From positions 1,054,001-1,118,000 of the forward strand of contig MU008160.1 in NCBI GenBank assembly GCA_010909165.1: DNA of 64,000 nucleotides, given 5' to 3'. Of the stretch, positions 58,460 to 64,000 are shown piece by piece. A model generated the notes under the pieces. The model saw only the letters and a list, made by a program, of their open reading frames with translations, did not search any database and was not told the DNA's origin. The number at the start of each line of letters is the position of its first letter. Positions within the stretch are counted from its first letter, which is position 1. Made by a program: the position numbers and the translations under genes. The DNA is from Anthoceros angustus. Taxonomy: Eukaryota; Plantae; Anthocerotophyta.

Positions 58460-61400
58460 CTTTGAAGATGTCATTGTCCTCAATGACCTCGGTAACGCGA
58501 GATCATCCATGATCCTTGTTGCACATCTTCAAGTGAAACCTAGACAGGTTCCGCATAACCACGAAGCCTTGCAGCATTCTCCTGCATTACCACGCAGAAG
58601 GCGCTTCTCTGCCAGGAATTCAACAATCTCCCGCAGACCATGATTGTGTTGAACCAGGATGACATAATCCTTTCTGGGAAGATGTCATTGTCCTCAATGA
58701 CCTCCAGTGTAACGCGAGATCATCCATGATCCTTGTTGCACATCTTCAAGTGAAACCTAGACAGGTTCCGCATAACCACGAAGCCTTACCAAATACTCTG
58801 GTACATTACCACAGAAGGCACTTCTCTCGCCAGAATTCAACAATCTCCGAGACCATGATTGTGTTGAACCGGGATGACATAATCCTTCCTTCATATCTTC
58901 ATTCTCTTCGAAATCACAAATGGTTTCAAAGAAGAGACATGAAACACATTATGAGAGAAGATCCATTCGAGTAGTTTGTAAGCCACATTTCCAATGCGCT
59001 TGAACTACGAAAGGTCCTCCATACTTAGGCCTTAACTTTGAGGTCACCCTTGTGGCGGGAAATTCTTCAATTTCACCCACACCTTGTCTCCTACTTGAAA
59101 CTCGCCTCTTGCTCGCTCACAAGAAACTTCTTTTGCTGTCCCGAGCCTTGGCCAATATCTTCTTAGCAACTTCATGCGCCCTTAAGCGCTCAATGAATTC
59201 ACGTGGTTCTCTTGCGTCTCAAACACGCTAGCATTCAACATGGAAACTACGTCCATTGCTTCGTTACATCATCCGAAAAGGTGTGTAGCCGTGGAGCTAT
59301 GTACGGTTATTATAACAAAATTACGCATCCTCAAGATGATTACTCCGATCTGGTCCATCGTACATAGTGTCGTAAGTATTCTTCTTGGATTACATTCACC
59401 CTCTCTGTTGATCCATCATATCGGTGGTACTGCTCATACATAATTGCACTCCTAAGCTCTTCATAATTGCCAAAACTCTGAAGAACTGGGATCTCACTCA
59501 CAATGCATAGGCGATCCATGTAACACATATACATGCTTCTTGAACAATCGAGCAACTTGAGCTTTCACTCGCTTCTTCGTAGGGATGAAGTGTGCTTGCT
59601 TGAATCTATCAACCATCATGATAGTTGTGTCCATTCTTGGTGGCAATGGCATAATGAAATCCATTGATATACTTTTCCAAGGCCCACTTGGAATAGGCGG
59701 TTGCAACAAACCTCGGATTTGCTCCACCTTATCCTGCGGCATCTACACAAGACTTAACATACTCAACGGTATGCTTGTACATTCCAGGCCAAGAATTTTC
59801 TCAACTTCTCATAAGTTGGGTCAATTCCTCTATGACCGCACTTGGCACATCATGACACTGCAAGCAACTTCCTTCTCAACACATGAGAATCGGGAATCAC
59901 AATCTGTTTTGCTTGAACATCAACAAGCCATTTCTAAGCTTAAACTTAGATCCGGTTGCTCCACTTCATTGATCCAATCACAGCTAATGGATCTCGCAGA
60001 TAAGCTTCCTTGATCTGCGTGTGAGTGTCCCTTGGCTCAATCACCATCTGTGTTGCAGCTAGCTTAGGCTTCTTCAGCGTAAAAGCAGTCATCAAACTTA
60101 AACTCTGCTTGCGACTCAAAGCATCTGCGAGATTCTCCTTCCCTGGCTTGTACTTGATAAACACATCATACATTGCTAGGAAATCTTGCCATCTAGCCTG
60201 TCTTGCGCTTAGTCGTAGCTGATTTGTAAAGAAGCTCGTGCTTACATTGTCTGTGTACAGCACAAAAGATCTTCCTAGAAGATAATGTCTCCAAATCTTG
60301 AGACAATTGATGATCATCTCCTTTTCATAAGTGGGGTACTTCCTTTCATATTCATGCAGCTTTCTTGACTCGTAAGCTACTGGCCTACCTTCTTGCAAGA
60401 GCACTCCTCCAATTCCAACATCTGATGCATCAATATATACTTCTATATCCTTCTTTGGATCATAGATTGCCAATCTTGGGGTAGTGAGTTTCAACTTAAA
60501 CTCGAATGCCCTCGACATTCATCATCCCACTTCCAAGCCTTCGCCTTCTTCAAGAGATCGTTAATGGGGCGCAATCTTGGCAAACATCGGTACAAATCTT
60601 CCTAGAAGATAATGTCTCCAAATCTTGAGACAATTGATGGCTGATCATCTCCTTTTCATAAGTGGGGTACTTCCTTTCATGTTCATGCACTTCCTTGATT
60701 CGTAAGCCACGGCCTACCTTCTTGCATGAGCACTCCCAATTGCAATATCGGCGCATGATATATACTTCTATATCCTTCTTTGGATCATAGATTGCCAATC
60801 GGGTAGTGAGTTTCAACTTCACTCGAATGCCCTCGACATTCATCATCCCACTTCCAAGCCTTCGCCTTCTTCAAGAGATCGATTAATGGGGCAATCTTGG
60901 CAAACATCGGTACAAATCTTACATACCGCTAGCCAATCCCAAAACATACGCACCTCGTGCACATTCGTTGGCAGCCAACTCAGATAACCTTTACCTTATC
61001 GGGATCCATCCCGATACCATCCGAGACAATGAATCCTAGGAAGTCTATCTCTTCCTTAACAAGTCACACTTTGTTATAGCTAAGAACAAAGAATTTGCTC
61101 TTAACCTTTCTAACACTTTCCTCAAGTGTTGGACATGCTCTTCAAGGTAGAATCGTATATCATGATGTCATCCAAGTAGATCACAACACACTCATCCATC
61201 GGATCTCCGAATATAGTATTCATGAGAGTCAAACGTGGTGCATTAGTGAGTCCAAATGGCATGACAAGGAACTCAAAAGATCCATACCTTGTTCTACAAG
61301 CGGTCTTGTATTCATGTCCTTGCGATGCGAATCGGTAATAGCGCCATTAGATCCGACTTGGTGAAATACTTAGCACCTCTCAATCATCAAACAAGTCATC

Positions 61401-64000
61401 CATCCTTGGCAAAGGATAAGAATTCTTCACATTATCGATTGAGTGCTCGTAATCCAAGCATAATCTCAATCCTCCATTCTTCTTGCGTGAACAACAGCGC
61501 ACCAAATGGGGACTTTGAGATTCTCACATAGCCCTTGGCTAGCGGGTTAGACATCTGTCTCTTGACTCTTGTAGCTCATCCTGCGATAATCTATATGGCG
61601 CTCTTGAAGGCGGTGTACTTCACGGCTTGAGATCAATCTCATGATCTACAATTCTTCTAGGAGGTAAAGGAGGCAACTCATCGGGCATCAAGTCCTTGAA
61701 CTCATTCAAGACTGCACTTCCTTGGAATCTTTGGCGCCCCGAGACTCCATCTCAAGACCATCTTCTAGTCCTTGCAAGACAAGTAAAAGAGTTCCTCTCC
61801 ATCCTTTACACAACATTTTGAGCTTTTCTTAGAGATGATATCATCAATGTTGTCTCCAAGCCTCGCTTGAGAAGCACAACTCACTTTGTGCTCTTCATCT
61901 CCTAAGATCTGTATGGTGCGTGAGTCCACGTTCACACATACCTTGTTGGCCTTCATCCATTCTAAGCCCAAGATGATTTCATGATCATCCATATCTACAA
62001 CTTTGAAGCTCACTGCTCCATTCCAATTCCCTATCTACAACGGCACTTCTTGCAATTCACCTTTGTGTTGCAGCATTCCTTTAGCTTGTTTCACTCTACA
62101 TGGCTCATATGTACTAGCCCATGTCAAACCAAGCTTGCTTGCCTTGCTAGGAGAAATGAAATTATGTGTTCTAAGTCAAGCAACATCCTCGCTCGCTCCA
62201 TTTATACATCCATGTATGTACATGAGCTCTCCACCCGCCCTCCGAATAGTCTGTCCTCGGCACTGAGACTCACCACATGCGGCCTTCGCAACATGTGGCC
62301 GATCCGTCATTTGGGATCCTCGGATCCGCCACTGTAATCCCGAGTCTTGGTGTGGATCTCCTTATACGAGAGTTTGTTCAAGATTCGGGCATTCATTTGC
62401 ATAATGTCCGGCTCTCCACATGAGTAGCATACTCCTTTTCGAGAACCCATACTTGTTGTTCTCGAGCTCCTCTCGATTCCTCGATTTCTTCATGAAATTT
62501 CCTCTTGAATTGCCTCTTGCAATTCCATTTCCATGTCCTTAGCAGCTCCTCTGCTAGCACTACTACAGCTTCCTCTAGTTTGGGCATACCGACCACGGGT
62601 ACTGCCTCGAAATCTTCTAGAGGAGTTGGATGTACTAGAATGGAAACTATATGGAATGGCATCTGCTGCTGTAATGGCCTCTGCCAATGTAGTTGGACTA
62701 TGCAACTCAATTACATTAGCCCAATCCTTCAAACCACCATGAAGCGATGCGGTTTGTCATCTTCACTCATGGTAGTGCGATTGCATGACTTCAGAAGGTA
62801 CTTACATAATCTCGTCTGACTGTTTGCTTGATATTGTCAAGGCTGCCTACTTAGACGAAGCATTCGCAGTTGAACCGCTTCTTGAGGGCTTCTTTGAAGG
62901 ATGCCCGATGCAGTGATGGTATGTGCTCGGTTACCCTGGGCAACATTAGCACCATAACTCCGCCACCAGACAAAGCATAGCCCTTTAAGAAATTGCCAAC
63001 AATACCTAAGTAGTACTCGGCTCAACACCAGATGAGGCGAGATAAGTCTCAATAGAATAGATCCAAGAATCAATGACTTGCAGATCTCTTTCTCCCTCAT
63101 ACTTATCTGGTAGGGCTAGCTTCATGCTCGATTTTGAGCCACTTTGAAGATGCTCAATTGGGGAAGATTTCTTGTTGTTCTTCGCATCTTCGCCTTGTTG
63201 AGATGGGCTCTGGATTCGCTTTGTCTTCTTCCTTGAAGTCATTACATCGTCCAAGACACTGGAAGAACTTGATAAAGTACTTCCACCATCCGTTCTTCGG
63301 TCCTCGACTTCTCTCGATGGGCCTGTGCTCTCGGGCGCTCTCACTTCCTCTTGTTCGACGATGATGAATCTTGGCTTGAGGCGGATGATCGGAGACCGCT
63401 TCTTCACCTCTCCTTACGCTTCTCATTGACCATCTTGTGCACTCTCTAGTCACTCGGAGGAATGGACTACGCCCGATACCACTCAAGTAACACCCCTCAC
63501 TGCGCTGTAAGGAAGCGACAAGTCTTGGCTTCCAGTCTAGGACCTCGCCAATTCACTCCACAAGAGACTTGCACGATTCTCAACGCCTCAACCTCACAAC
63601 ACGACTAGGCTCCAAGTAGCCCGCCGTCCACTGACGACTCGCAGGCCACCTCCTCGAGGTGCTGCTCTTTATTGCAAGAATACAACGATGGAATCTGGCT
63701 ATCTATTCCATGACAAGCTCACAAGCTAGCTCTCCACAACTCTCTCAACACAAGGCTTGCAGAGCACACTTGCCTGCTCTCTCAAAGAGTGAGTCCCACT
63801 TGTTACTTGTTCCTCAAAGCCCTTGCTCTAGCTCTTATATATCCCGTAGCCTGACCTTAACTAGGTAGCTGTTAAATCTAGGGATTCTTACAGACCACTG
63901 ATCACTAAAAGTCCTCTCTAGGCAGTTCCTCTCTAAAGAGATTGCATGAAGCATGCAACACATGCATCACAGGACAGCTACTAACTTAGCTTTTTACCTT
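57944..64000 (-). mobile_element. Ty3/Gypsy (chromovirus-like) LTR retrotransposon, heavily frameshifted; LTRs 57944-58453 and 63486-window end, extra LTR copy 56529-57081
   Basis: gag (KLALPDKYEGERD..IDSW), protease region, RT/RNase H (YIDASDVGIGGVLLQEGRPVAYESRKL, ADALSR), integrase (GLLQP..PW.SISMDF), chromodomain-like tail ~58500-58880, PPT complement ctcccccttt 58454-58463, PBS complement gcccgatacca 63471-63481. Confidence 0.92.

Overview
Compact, gene-dense plant nuclear DNA with short GT-AG introns, most likely from a hornwort (Anthoceros-like). That assignment is an inference from a PPR-DYW remnant with the HAEKLA / CSDCH / ...SSKGRP signature of 'GRP'-type DYW:KP proteins, the candidate U-to-C RNA-editing factors. 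From left to right: a scrambled HAD-IG 5'-nucleotidase pseudogene with internal tandem duplications and an inserted DYW fragment; a broken PPR-E-DYW(GRP) gene; CCB1 head-to-head with an intronless PfkB nucleoside kinase; a two-RRM hnRNP/Musashi-like gene with a candidate poison exon; a Ty3/Gypsy relic with an internal inversion; a long-inverted-repeat element carrying a restriction-like endonuclease fragment; organellar TyrRS tail-to-tail with golgin-84; RPL30; a degenerate TE zone; a Raf-like kinase with a uORF and G-rich leader; a tRNA-His pseudogene; an apparently complete PAN2 deadenylase gene; a TLDc/OXR gene; methionine gamma-lyase; tRNA-iMet; and a Ty3/Gypsy element whose LTRs end in non-canonical AGTAAC...GTTACT. 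Several repeat regions show dense small indels and short tandem duplications that may be long-read assembly artefacts. All gene calls come from manual motif recognition, with no database search. I cannot show a wholly new biological system. The best leads are the poison-exon/5'-splice-site cluster, the AG..CT LTR family, the retained PAN2 and the DYW:KP turnover.
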